Virus record (IMG/VR): IMGVR_UViG_3300048834_000253
Coordinates: 1-51,705 of that record
Length of the DNA stretch: 51,705 nt
Direction: 5' to 3' (one strand)
Source: a virus
Lineage: Duplodnaviria; Caudoviricetes
How positions within the stretch are numbered: the first letter of the stretch is position 1; each line of letters begins with the position of its first letter. A program made the translations under genes and the position numbers. The notes under the pieces are model-generated. The model ran no database searches, was not told the DNA's origin, and worked only from the letters and a program-made list of their open reading frames with translations. Positions 33,475 to 41,321 of the stretch are shown in pieces.

Positions 33475-34004
33475 CCCCTTCGCCCGATCTGGTGGTTTGC
33501 TACCAATTCATCTATGAACTGGCGCGCCACCCCTGCGCAATGGTTTTCCTCGTCGTAGTCGGTCAGGCATTCCTTGCCTGATAGGCGATAGACCGACCAG
33601 CCTGCGGCCTCTATGGCTCGCTGGCGCGCCTCGTCTTTCGCTGTGTCTCGGTGGAATGCCGCGCCGTCACACTCGATGGCCACCTTGGCTACCGGGTTGC
33701 CGAAGTCAACGAAGTAATTGAGGACGGGGTACTGTGGGTATAGAACCGCACCAGACATGCGAATGTCGTACCAGAGAGCGTTTTCAATCGGCGTGAAGAC
33801 CATCAGCCAGTCCACCTCATAGGGATCAATCCCCCATTCGGCGCGGCCTGCATTCAGAATGTCTGCTTCGGCCATCTTGTAGAAGCTGCGGATTGCGGCC
33901 AGGCGCTCAAACCCCTTTGTTTTGCGAATCAGCTCGACAAGGTGGTCACGATCACGCTCTGCTGCGAAGAATGTGAATACTTCCTCCAAATTGACGGTTT
34001 TCAT
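33471..34004 (-). CDS. DUF559/Vsr-like endonuclease-domain protein
   Basis: PQYPV..YFVDF, IECDG..FH and GW.V.R motifs. Confidence 0.8.
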   Translation of the reverse strand: MKTVNLEEVFTFFAAERDRDHLVELIRKTKGFERLAAIRSFYKMAEADILNAGRAEWGIDPYEVDWLMVFTPIENALWYDIRMSGAVLYPQYPVLNYFVDFGNPVAKVAIECDGAAFHRDTAKDEARQRAIEAAGWSVYRLSGKECLTDYDEENHCAGVARQFIDELVANHQIGRRG

Positions 34005-35338
34005 TCAAAGCCTTTCGATTGCGAACCGGCGCCCTTTTGCGGCGCTGGCCCGGCCCATGATTCAAAGCAGGTGTATTGGCCGTGGTAGAACAGATTGACG
34101 TCGCCTGTTCTGCCTTGGCGGTTCTTTGCCAGTCGCAACAAAGCGAAGTTCTGGAAGTTCGCGCCCAGCTCTGGCTGCGCTTCAATCGGGCGATGGATGA
34201 ACGCCACCACGTCCGCGTCCTGCTCTATGGCGCCTGAGTCGCGCAAGTCCTGCAACCCTGGGACTTGACCTACACGCTCCACGCCGCCCCGGTTCACCTG
34301 GGCAAGACACACCACAACAATGTCCAAATCCTTCGCCAGGCCCTTGAGGCCGCGGCTGATTTCTTCGATTTGGTAGGCGCGCGGCTGCTTGCTGTCCATG
34401 CCGCTCATGAGTCCGATGTAATCCACAATCAGAACGTCAAGGTTCTGTCGGCGCTTCAGCGCGCGGGCCTTGCTGCGCAGTTGCATGATGTTCAGCCCGG
34501 ACTTGTCAGACACGAACCACCGCAGCGTCTTGGCCTTTTCCACCCCATCCACAATGCGGTCGTAGTCAAGCCCCTGCGCGGGTCGCTTGATGAACCCGAT
34601 GGCAGCGCGGCTCAGGATGGCGGCTTGACGGTCGCGCACATCGCTGTGTGGCATTTCCATGGACAAGAAGCCGACGCAATAATCACGCGCCACGCTCAGG
34701 CCGACAGTCATGGCGAGCGCTGTTTTGCCCATCGCAGGGCGCGCTCCAATCACCACAAGGTTGCCCCGGTACATGCCGCCGTGCAGCATTTCGTCCAAGT
34801 CCGTCAACCCTGTGGCGATGCCCTTGATCGCCCCGCTTTGACGCGCATCGAGCAAATCGAGATGCTTGATGGCTGCGGTGTGTGCATCCACCCAATCGTC
34901 CGTCTGCTCGGCATCGTCAAGCTTTGCCAGCTCGGCCTGGGCGCGGTCGATTCTGTCTTGGATCGGGCCATCATCAAACGCAAGCTCGGCCAGCTTGTAG
35001 CTCAGGCCGTGCAACTGGCGGGCCTTGTGCGTGTCGATCAGCGTCTGCACATGGCGAGCGATGCCGCGCGGGCTGTGGTCGTTGTAGGAACTCACACCCA
35101 GCAGCACATCGGGCGGAACCACGCCATCCAGCGCCTCGACAAGCGTGATGGTGTCCACGCCCTTACCGGCGGCCATTTGGCTGCACAGCTCGGCGTAGAT
35201 GGCGCGGTTGTCGTCGTTCGTGAAGTGCTCAGGCCGCAGGCGGTCGGACACGTCATCAAACGCCGCCGGGAAGTTGATCAGGATCGAGAGAGCCGCCGCT
35301 TCCGTCTGCTCGCTGCGCAGTTGTTCGGGGGAGTTCAT
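34001..35338 (-). CDS. dnaB: Replicative DNA helicase
   Basis: GARPAMGKT, SMEM, IVDYIGL, LAQVNR, DLRDSGAIEQDAD and KNRQG motifs. Confidence 0.97.
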   Translation of the reverse strand: MNSPEQLRSEQTEAAALSILINFPAAFDDVSDRLRPEHFTNDDNRAIYAELCSQMAAGKGVDTITLVEALDGVVPPDVLLGVSSYNDHSPRGIARHVQTLIDTHKARQLHGLSYKLAELAFDDGPIQDRIDRAQAELAKLDDAEQTDDWVDAHTAAIKHLDLLDARQSGAIKGIATGLTDLDEMLHGGMYRGNLVVIGARPAMGKTALAMTVGLSVARDYCVGFLSMEMPHSDVRDRQAAILSRAAIGFIKRPAQGLDYDRIVDGVEKAKTLRWFVSDKSGLNIMQLRSKARALKRRQNLDVLIVDYIGLMSGMDSKQPRAYQIEEISRGLKGLAKDLDIVVVCLAQVNRGGVERVGQVPGLQDLRDSGAIEQDADVVAFIHRPIEAQPELGANFQNFALLRLAKNRQGRTGDVNLFYHGQYTCFESWAGPAPQKGAGSQSKGFE

Positions 35339-36198
35339 GCGGCCTCCTTCGTCTTCTCGATTACGTGCTTTTTGCCCTTCTCCGTCAGCAGAAAATCAAA
35401 GTCGCACTGCCAGCCCTCATGCCCCGGAGCCTTGCTTCCTCGGCCCATCAAAAAATCGTTGTCCCGCGCTCGGCCAAAGTAGCCACGGATCCAGGCCATC
35501 GCCTCTTCCGCGTTCGTGGCCCGTGGCGTCCCGTCTGATTTTTTGCTGGTCAGCACGAAACGCCAGAACGCGGATATTGCTTTTCGGCGGTTGTCGTTCA
35601 TCAGCCGCACCGTTGGCAATTCGGGCAGGATTTCGTGATACAGCGCAACCACCGAATTCGTGTCGCATCTCGGCAATTTGTCGGCGCCGCCGACAGAAGC
35701 GTTAGCTTCTTTATCTTGTTCCTGTTCCTGTTCTTGGCTTGCAAGGGGCTTGCAAGGGGCTTGTATGCCCCTTGTTATTGCGCCAGGATTCGGCAGGCGG
35801 AATGACTCAAAATAGATAGCAAAGAATGCAGCCTTGAGCGAAGGTGATCCAATGTTTGACCACTCACGCTCAACTCCCTTCACACGGTTGTCACCGGGCT
35901 TGAGAGACTCCGCGACTTGGTATGCGGCCATGCGGTGGACAAAGATGGTCTCTGAAGCCTCGTCGTAGGTGCAATACTTGGCTTCGATGAGGCTCTGAAG
36001 GGCCTTGGAAGCCCCTTCCATGCCAAGGCCGGTTTCATGTGCCATGTAAAGAATGGGGCAATGGAAGACGCCGATCATGTTGGCGTGCGGGCAAGTCATC
36101 AGGTACAGCGCAAGCACTTGCGCAGGCGCATTTCCTCGCAGCGCTTTTCCAGTGTCACCAATCCAGAATTTGGGTGATACCACCCCATAGTCACGCAT
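35335..36198 (-). CDS. Phage replication initiator
   Basis: Start MRDYG at 36198; FW...LYLMT.PH.NMIG N-domain, EQEQEQ linker and FLMG...W..DFDFLL C-domain; lies upstream of dnaB. Confidence 0.85.
   Translation of the reverse strand: MRDYGVVSPKFWIGDTGKALRGNAPAQVLALYLMTCPHANMIGVFHCPILYMAHETGLGMEGASKALQSLIEAKYCTYDEASETIFVHRMAAYQVAESLKPGDNRVKGVEREWSNIGSPSLKAAFFAIYFESFRLPNPGAITRGIQAPCKPLASQEQEQEQDKEANASVGGADKLPRCDTNSVVALYHEILPELPTVRLMNDNRRKAISAFWRFVLTSKKSDGTPRATNAEEAMAWIRGYFGRARDNDFLMGRGSKAPGHEGWQCDFDFLLTEKGKKHVIEKTKEAA
35736..35774. repeat. Iteron-like repeats (putative ori) within rep
   Basis: GGCTTGCAAGG twice, then GGCTTG and an inverted GCCCCTTG, in the rep linker as in lambdoid O-type genes. 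Confidence 0.5.
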
Positions 36199-36230
36199 CT
36201 GTTCGCCCTTCAATGCCCAAAAAAAAGAAA

Positions 36231-36284
36231 CCATCGGCAGGCAGGCGGGCGTGTCCTGCTTTTCGGGAGCTACCCTAGCCGTGG
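36231..36284 (-). ncRNA. Candidate three-way-junction cis-RNA upstream of rep
   Basis: CCA-CGGC/GCCG-A-TGG closing stem, GGG-TAGCT-CCC, GAAAA, GCAGG/CCTGC, then a U-rich tract. Confidence 0.5.
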
Positions 36285-36293
36285 CGTCAAAAC

Positions 36294-36410
36294 TCATACC
36301 CCGTAGCGCTTGGCAATAGACCGCATGGCGGCCTCGTACTCAGCAGGCGATGCGCTGGTGTTTGCTGCCACCCATGCGCGCTTTGCTGCTTCGTAGGCTT
36401 GCCAGCGCAT
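36294..36410 (-). CDS. Small phage protein, 38 aa (MRWQAYEAAKRAW...)
   Basis: TGATG-coupled; below the ORF-track cutoff. Confidence 0.65.
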   Translation of the reverse strand: MRWQAYEAAKRAWVAANTSASPAEYEAAMRSIAKRYGV

Positions 36411-36652
36411 CACTGCACCCCACTGCGGCTGATGCGCCGGGTCTTGTCGCGGCTGGCTTCGGCCTGCTCCCGTGACTCGATCACGATGGATCGGGAAGCG
36501 TCTGGGTTCAGCGGCGCCTGCAACTTGCCGTTGACGTTCAGCACGCGCTTTGTGCTGTACGTGATTGGCACAGGAGCCTTCTTGGGCTTGGTGGGCAGCT
36601 TGGCGGGGGCGTCGATGCCGCGTGGCCTGACGGATGTGAAGGCGTTATGCAT
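36410..36652 (-). CDS. Hypothetical basic protein
   Basis: In the cro operon. Confidence 0.6.
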   Translation of the reverse strand: MHNAFTSVRPRGIDAPAKLPTKPKKAPVPITYSTKRVLNVNGKLQAPLNPDASRSIVIESREQAEASRDKTRRISRSGVQ

Positions 36653-36663
36653 TGCTATGCCCG

Positions 36664-36849
36664 TTATTCCTTGCCCGATTCGTCAGACGGGCCGACAGTG
36701 CAGGCATGACCAAAAGCGTGATGACTGAGCACCAACTTGATGTATTCGCTCAAGCTGCGCTCATGCGTGGAAGCAAGGCGCATCAAGACCACTTCCAGCG
36801 ACTCAGGGACGCGGACGGGCGGCAGTTGCCGGGTGCACTTCTCGGCCAT
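36664..36849 (-). CDS. Ribbon-helix-helix regulator (cII position)
   Basis: VRVPESL...L..LA....RSLSEYI..VL motif. Confidence 0.75.
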   Translation of the reverse strand: MAEKCTRQLPPVRVPESLEVVLMRLASTHERSLSEYIKLVLSHHAFGHACTVGPSDESGKE

Positions 36850-36852
36850 GGG

Positions 36853-37110
36853 TTACGCGGCCTCTGTGGTGGTGGTCTTGGGCTTGCGGGGCTTGGCGCG
36901 CAGCACCGCCCAATTCACATCGGGGCGCAGCGCCTCACACTTGACTCCGGTAGCGGCCTCCACATCAGGGCAGTGTTCTGCTGGGATGCGGTTCTGCTGC
37001 CACTGATAGACAACTGCGTGGCCGCTGAGTCCAAGTTTCCTTGCGAGCTTGGTGCGACCGCCCGCAAGGCGGATAGCCTGATCGAGTGGGGTTTCGGTGG
37101 TGGTGTCCAT
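36853..37110 (-). CDS. cro: Cro/YdaS-like repressor
   Basis: AI..AGG...LA..LG.....V.QW...IP..C..VE..TGV...LRPDV.W; divergent from cI. Confidence 0.9.
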   Translation of the reverse strand: MDTTTETPLDQAIRLAGGRTKLARKLGLSGHAVVYQWQQNRIPAEHCPDVEAATGVKCEALRPDVNWAVLRAKPRKPKTTTTEAA

Positions 37111-37119
37111 ATGCCCCAC

Positions 37120-37177
37120 ATCTTACGATAGTTTTTCTATCTTGTATAGATTTTCTAGCGCTCCAAGTGATTACCCT
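37120..37177. promoter_or_regulatory. OR: two operators plus PR and PRM
   Basis: GATAG-TTTTT-CTATC (37127-37141) and ATAG-ATTTT-CTAG (37146-37158). PR is TATACA-17-TAAGAT on minus; PRM -10 TACCCT lies 6 nt before the cI ATG. Confidence 0.75.
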
Positions 37178-37183
37178 GATACC

Positions 37184-37795
37184 ATGAGCATCCACAAATT
37201 GATCAGACAGGGCCGCGAGCGCCTCGGGTTGACCGAGGAAGCATTCGGAAAACTTTTCGGAGTGAGCCGTGGCGCGGTGCAGCAATGGGAGCGGGAGGGG
37301 GGGACGGCCCCACGGCGCAAGATTCAGCCCCTAGTCGCTCAAGCTTTAGGCATTTCTGTTGCACAGCTCATGGGTGGCGGCGCAGACACTGCGGATGGCC
37401 CGGATATAGGAGGTGTTGTGCCGCTTTTAACGTCAGTACAGGCTGGGGATTTCAAAGAATTTGTGGATAACTTCCACCCAGGGGACGGGGCCATGGAGTC
37501 CATACCGACATCAGTGCCCGTCAACCGCCACACTTTCGCGCTCCGGGTAGCTGGTGACAGCATGGAGCCTGAGTTTCACGCTGGGATGATCCTCATCATT
37601 GAGCCGGAAATGGAGCCAAACCCCGGAGATTTCGTCGTGGCGCGCAATGGCGACAACGAAACTACGTTCAAGCAACTGATTCAAGATGGCGCAGACTGGT
37701 ATCTGAAGCCCTTGAATGACCGCTACCCAATCAAACCACTTGGGAAGTCATCAATCATTGGGGTGCTGCGCGCAGTAGAGAAGCGCTACCGCTAA
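37184..37795 (+). CDS. cI: CI-like repressor (HTH-XRE plus S24 peptidase)
   Basis: GVSRGAVQQWE HTH, VQAG cleavage site, GDSM and TFKQL catalytic Ser/Lys. Confidence 0.95.
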   Translation: MSIHKLIRQGRERLGLTEEAFGKLFGVSRGAVQQWEREGGTAPRRKIQPLVAQALGISVAQLMGGGADTADGPDIGGVVPLLTSVQAGDFKEFVDNFHPGDGAMESIPTSVPVNRHTFALRVAGDSMEPEFHAGMILIIEPEMEPNPGDFVVARNGDNETTFKQLIQDGADWYLKPLNDRYPIKPLGKSSIIGVLRAVEKRYR

Positions 37796-37815
37796 ACCAA
37801 CCAAATTCAACAATC

Positions 37816-37840
37816 GGCCACCTTCGGGTGGCTTTTTTTT
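37816..37840 (+). terminator. cI terminator
   Basis: GCCACC-TTCG-GGTGGC followed by T8. Confidence 0.9.
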
Positions 37841-37873
37841 CGTCTGTACGGGTAACTACTTACAACATTCTTA

Positions 37874-37913
37874 GATAGTTTTTCTTGCTTTGCTAGTTTT
37901 TCTATCGCATAAT
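37874..37913 (+). promoter_or_regulatory. OL operators and PL-like early promoter
   Basis: TTGCTT-17-CATAAT overlapped by GATAGTTTTTCTTG and GCTAGTTTTTCTATC. Confidence 0.8.
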
Positions 37914-37996
37914 TCACTCACGCCAACAAAACGGCGCGGGTGACAAGCCATCGAGCAGGCCACCGACAGGAACCTTAAAAATCTTTTTCCTGCGGA

Positions 37997-38283
37997 TCAG
38001 TTGTTGCACTTTACGCAACAACTGACAGCCCTTGATTGGGTAGTGGGCGCGGACACCGGGCGTGAGACGGTGATTGAGGCGATGCCAGCCAACAACAGCA
38101 AGGGCATCAAGACAGCGAGCGTCCCGCGTGGGGTAGCGCTTGAGTCGAGAAGCTGGAGCCGGTGCATACCGGGAGACGCCAGCAGCAGCACACACCAAGG
38201 CGAAGCGCCATGGTTTGAAAGGACGTGCTGCAAACACCTTCGCAGAGGGTGCAAACAGAAGGCGAACAAGCCTTCTGTTTGCG
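37997..38283 (+). ncRNA. Highly structured early leader, unit A
   Basis: Serial hairpins at 37997-38025, 38152-38183 and a 13-bp stem before the HNH SD; no convincing ORF. Confidence 0.5.
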
Positions 38284-38291
38284 AGGAAAGT

Positions 38292-38786
38292 ATGACGAAA
38301 CACATGACTGCAGAGGTGGCGCGTGAAATCCTAATTTACGAGCCGGAAACAGGTCTGTTCCGCTGGAGAGTGGATCGGGGAAACGGGCATCGTGCCAATG
38401 ATCTGGCTGGAAGGATGAACAGCAATGGGTATTGGGTTGTTGGGTTCAAACAATATCCGCTACTCGCGCATCGTCTTGCCTGGCTGTACATGACCGGCGA
38501 ATGGCCTCCCTTCAATGTTGATCACATAAATGGGGACAGGTGTGACAACCGCTGGGCAAATCTCCGAGACGGCAGCGGCCCCATAAACGCACAGAACGTC
38601 AGGCGAGCGCAAAGAAATAACAACTCATCCGGGCTTCTTGGTGTAACCAAGAGGCAAGGCAGGTGGGAAGCGCAAATCAAGTCGCAAGACGCAAAGAGGT
38701 ATTTAGGCTCTTTCGGATCGCCGGAAGATGCCCATGCCGCCTATGTTGAAGCCAAGCGCAGGCTACATGCTGGATGCACCATCTAA
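38292..38786 (+). CDS. HNH-AP2 homing endonuclease
   Basis: Y.PETG.F.W, AHRLAW, VDHING...DNR..NLR and YLG.F...E.A..AY motifs. Confidence 0.92.
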   Translation: MTKHMTAEVAREILIYEPETGLFRWRVDRGNGHRANDLAGRMNSNGYWVVGFKQYPLLAHRLAWLYMTGEWPPFNVDHINGDRCDNRWANLRDGSGPINAQNVRRAQRNNNSSGLLGVTKRQGRWEAQIKSQDAKRYLGSFGSPEDAHAAYVEAKRRLHAGCTI

Positions 38787-38807
38787 CAAGGCGGGCGCTC
38801 AGGTGGG

Positions 38808-38897
38808 CGCAACAACTGACGGACACGGCACTGATAGAGATCAGCAAAGCACCGGCCAGCGGTGCAGCAGGAACCGGCACAGCCGGAATATGCCTGC
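38808..38897 (+). ncRNA. Structured unit B (partial duplicate of unit A)
   Basis: CGCAACAACTGAC repeat plus a covarying GCAGG..CCGG..CCGG..CCTGC hairpin. Confidence 0.5.
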
Positions 38898-38920
38898 AAG
38901 CCATTCGAGAGAGTGGCAAA

Positions 38921-38956
38921 GCCCATGCGCCAGTCACTGAGGGCGCATGGGTTTTT
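38921..38956 (+). terminator. Intrinsic terminator
   Basis: CCCATGCGCC/GGCGCATGGG stem followed by T5. Confidence 0.75.
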
Positions 38957-38968
38957 CAAGGAGCCAGA

Positions 38969-39181
38969 ATGATCGAAGTCACGAAAGAACGGTTTTTCGC
39001 AACAGTAGGGCTGATGGACGTGCACCCAAGGGCCAACCCTGACCACTCGTCATGGGAGACACGCAGCCGCGAGGTTGTCGGGCGCACCACGCCGGGCTAT
39101 CTGTGCCGCGATGAAATCGGCCAATGGACGAACAAGAGCAGGTACTTCGTGGCCGAGCGCTTCTCCAGGGACAGCCAGTAA
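38969..39181 (+). CDS. Hypothetical protein, 70 aa
   Basis: AAGGAG SD; MIEVTKERFF..DVHP. Confidence 0.7.
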   Translation: MIEVTKERFFATVGLMDVHPRANPDHSSWETRSREVVGRTTPGYLCRDEIGQWTNKSRYFVAERFSRDSQ

Positions 39182-39241
39182 CCCCCCCCGCCCCTACACC
39201 AGGGGCCGGGAGTTCACGCCTCGCCCCACGTAACGTGGCGG

Positions 39242-39762
39242 CCATCACAGAACAGGAATGCGCAGGAGGAGTTATGCGACCAACGAAAGAGCAGATTGCC
39301 GAGCACTTTGACTACATGGCTGGCGCATTGATTCGCAAGACGACGGGAAAGCGCGGGTACGCCAGGCCAGACGGATATGTTTACGTGCGCCTGCATGGCA
39401 GGTCATATGGCGAGCATCGGCTGATCCATTTGCTGTTTACCGGCGAGTGGCCGCACCAAGTTGACCATGCGAATGGCGTTCGTAGTGATAACCGCCATGA
39501 GAACCTGCGTTCGGCCACACACGCTCAAAACTGCATGAATCGCAAACAGATTGGCGTCACAAGCAAAGGGTGCTACTGGCTGCCAAAGCGGCAGAGGTGG
39601 ATGGCTCAGATCGGCAGCGGCGGCAAGCGCAAAACCATTGGCTACTTCAGGACAGAGGCTGAGGCCGCAGCGGCATATGCCATGGCCGCAGAAGCCCTCC
39701 ACGGCCCGTTCAAGCGAACTTCCTAAATGCCGGAGATCAGCACCGGCCCTGTTCTGTGATGG
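39242..39762 (+). ncRNA. Structured RNA cassette copy 1, enclosing an HNH gene
   Basis: Perfect 15-bp inverted repeats at 39242-39256 and 39748-39762; GAATGCGCAGG after the 5' arm; GCCGG-AGATCAGCA-CCGGC before the 3' arm. Confidence 0.65.
39274..39726 (+). CDS. HNH-AP2 homing endonuclease inside the RNA cassette
   Basis: AGGAGG SD; EHRLI, VDHANG...DNR.ENLR..T..QN..N and IGYF.T..EA..AY motifs. Confidence 0.92.
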   Translation: MRPTKEQIAEHFDYMAGALIRKTTGKRGYARPDGYVYVRLHGRSYGEHRLIHLLFTGEWPHQVDHANGVRSDNRHENLRSATHAQNCMNRKQIGVTSKGCYWLPKRQRWMAQIGSGGKRKTIGYFRTEAEAAAAYAMAAEALHGPFKRTS

Positions 39763-39864
39763 TGAATGCCCGGTGGTGATGGGCTATGAGAAAGAGCAGT
39801 GCAACAAGCCGTTCCTGATTTCAGGACTGCACGGCAAGCCGGAGACACACCACCGGCCACCATC
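39758..39864 (+). ncRNA. Structured RNA cassette copy 2 (empty)
   Basis: GATGGTG/CACCATC stem; AAT-GCCC-GGTGGTGAT-GGGC; 53-nt structured insert; GCCGG-AGACACACCA-CCGGC. Confidence 0.65.
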
Positions 39865-39946
39865 TTCAATTCGCCCAGCGCCTCTGCTTCGGTACGCGCT
39901 GGCTATCAACTATCCCCAAATATCTGGCAGCAGATATTCCACAAAC

Positions 39947-39970
39947 AGCCCTGCAATGCGGGGCTTTTTT
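39947..39970 (+). terminator. Intrinsic terminator
   Basis: AGCCCTGC-AAT-GCGGGGCT followed by a T run. Confidence 0.8.
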
Positions 39971-39982
39971 CATGGAGCAACT

Positions 39983-40696
39983 ATGGCCCACAAGCAATCG
40001 TGCACCGAGGAACGATTCCTCAAAGACGCGGCAGCTCACCATATGGAGGTGCTGCGCGATGACGGTGTGAACCGCCATTTGCGATTCAAGAATCCCGAAT
40101 CGAACGCCTACTGGTTCGACATCATCACTTGGCCCGGCACGCTGTGCGTTGACGGCGACATGGGCACCTTCGTGTTCCGGCGCCTGCATGACATGTTCGT
40201 GTTCTTCCGCACGGATCAGGAGCACTACGACCGGACGGGCCGCGCCGACCGGTTGGCGATCAACCCCAGCTACTGGGACGAAAAGCTGCGCGCGCCAGCG
40301 CCACGCGATGCCCAGGAATACTGCGCCGACAGCTTCCGCCAGCATGTCCAAGAGGCTTTCGACAGCTGGAAGGAGAGCAATCAGCCCGACGACGACGAAT
40401 GGACCACCGATGCCGACCGGCGCCAATTTGAAGAGCAGCGGGATGCGCTCTGGGCCGCGCTGAAAGAGGACGTGATGTCGTATGCCGATGACGGCTTGAT
40501 TCGCGCCTACGACGCGGCCCGCGACTTCCGCTGCGATGAGGTGCCGGGGTTCAACCTGGAGGACTGCTGGGAGTGGGACTGCCAGGTGTTCAAGTTCGAT
40601 TTCCTGTGGAACTGCTACGCCATCGCGTGGGGTATCAAGACCTACGACAAGGCGAAGCAGGCGGCGCAAGCAGCTCCGGAACTGCAGCAGGGCTGA
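39983..40696 (+). CDS. Conserved phage protein, 237 aa
   Basis: GGAG SD; RHLRF, FDIITWPG.L...GDMG...F and IN..YW.EKL motifs. Confidence 0.85.
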   Translation: MAHKQSCTEERFLKDAAAHHMEVLRDDGVNRHLRFKNPESNAYWFDIITWPGTLCVDGDMGTFVFRRLHDMFVFFRTDQEHYDRTGRADRLAINPSYWDEKLRAPAPRDAQEYCADSFRQHVQEAFDSWKESNQPDDDEWTTDADRRQFEEQRDALWAALKEDVMSYADDGLIRAYDAARDFRCDEVPGFNLEDCWEWDCQVFKFDFLWNCYAIAWGIKTYDKAKQAAQAAPELQQG

Positions 40697-40700
40697 ACTC

Positions 40701-40910
40701 ATGGCCCGCAAGTTCCGCTGGACGCGCGCCCTCTACCGCCGCGCGCACCGCGAGGCCCGTGTCTATGACGGCTACGGGTTCATGTACCACAACGAGCCCG
40801 CCCTTGTCCGGCGCTGGCGCGAGCTGTGGGACCAGCACCCGCAGCACGAAGACCCGTTGACGCGGCCCAAGTGGCAGCGATACCGGCCAGACGACGGAAT
40901 CCCGTTCTGA
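40701..40910 (+). CDS. Hypothetical protein
   Basis: 69 aa ending DDGIPF. Confidence 0.6.
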   Translation: MARKFRWTRALYRRAHREARVYDGYGFMYHNEPALVRRWRELWDQHPQHEDPLTRPKWQRYRPDDGIPF

Positions 40911-40918
40911 ATTCACAC

Positions 40919-40940
40919 AGCCCGCCTAGCGGGTTTTTTT
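40919..40940 (+). terminator. Intrinsic terminator
   Basis: CCCGC-CTA-GCGGG followed by T7. Confidence 0.8.
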
Positions 40941-40961
40941 ACGCCCGCAAGGAGGCCCCCC

Positions 40962-41321
40962 ATGCAGAACGTGCACCCCATCTTTCAGCAGGCCCTAGCA
41001 GGCATCGCACCGCCTGCCGACGCAAAGCACTGGCAGGCGATGTGCATCCGACTGCGCACAGAGCTGACGCTCTACGACGCTCCACAGCCGCCGCGTGGGC
41101 AATTCGCCTTCACCTACCGCCACCCCGAGCTGGGCACGCTGGAGTGCCACCTCGAAGGCGAGCGCGGCGACCCGGACATCGGGCAGCGCGACACGGCAAC
41201 GCTGTACAGCGCCTACCTGCGGGGGGTGGACATTGCCGACCGGCTGACCCGCGACGAAGTGGAAGCAATCGAACTTGCAGCGGTCAAACAACCACACCAG
41301 GAGCTACACCATGTTGATTGA
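40962..41321 (+). CDS. Hypothetical protein
   Basis: AAGGAGG SD. Confidence 0.75.
   Translation: MQNVHPIFQQALAGIAPPADAKHWQAMCIRLRTELTLYDAPQPPRGQFAFTYRHPELGTLECHLEGERGDPDIGQRDTATLYSAYLRGVDIADRLTRDEVEAIELAAVKQPHQELHHVD

Noticed and set aside
38001-38291. N-terminal extension of the HNH ORF (also the extensions at 39124, 39551, 37097 and 36297)
   Set aside because: They run through hairpins, terminators or operators; better-supported starts lie downstream.
38829-38850. Hammerhead ribozyme (CTGATAGAG)
   Set aside because: Not CUGANGA, and no matching GAAA/stem arrangement; it is a simple hairpin.
39672-39681. GGCATATGCC as a fourth late-promoter palindrome
   Set aside because: Two nt shorter, inside a coding region, and without the spaced -10 box.
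39242-39762. Group I intron or IS element
   Set aside because: No interrupted gene, too little RNA for a catalytic core, no transposase and no target-site duplication.
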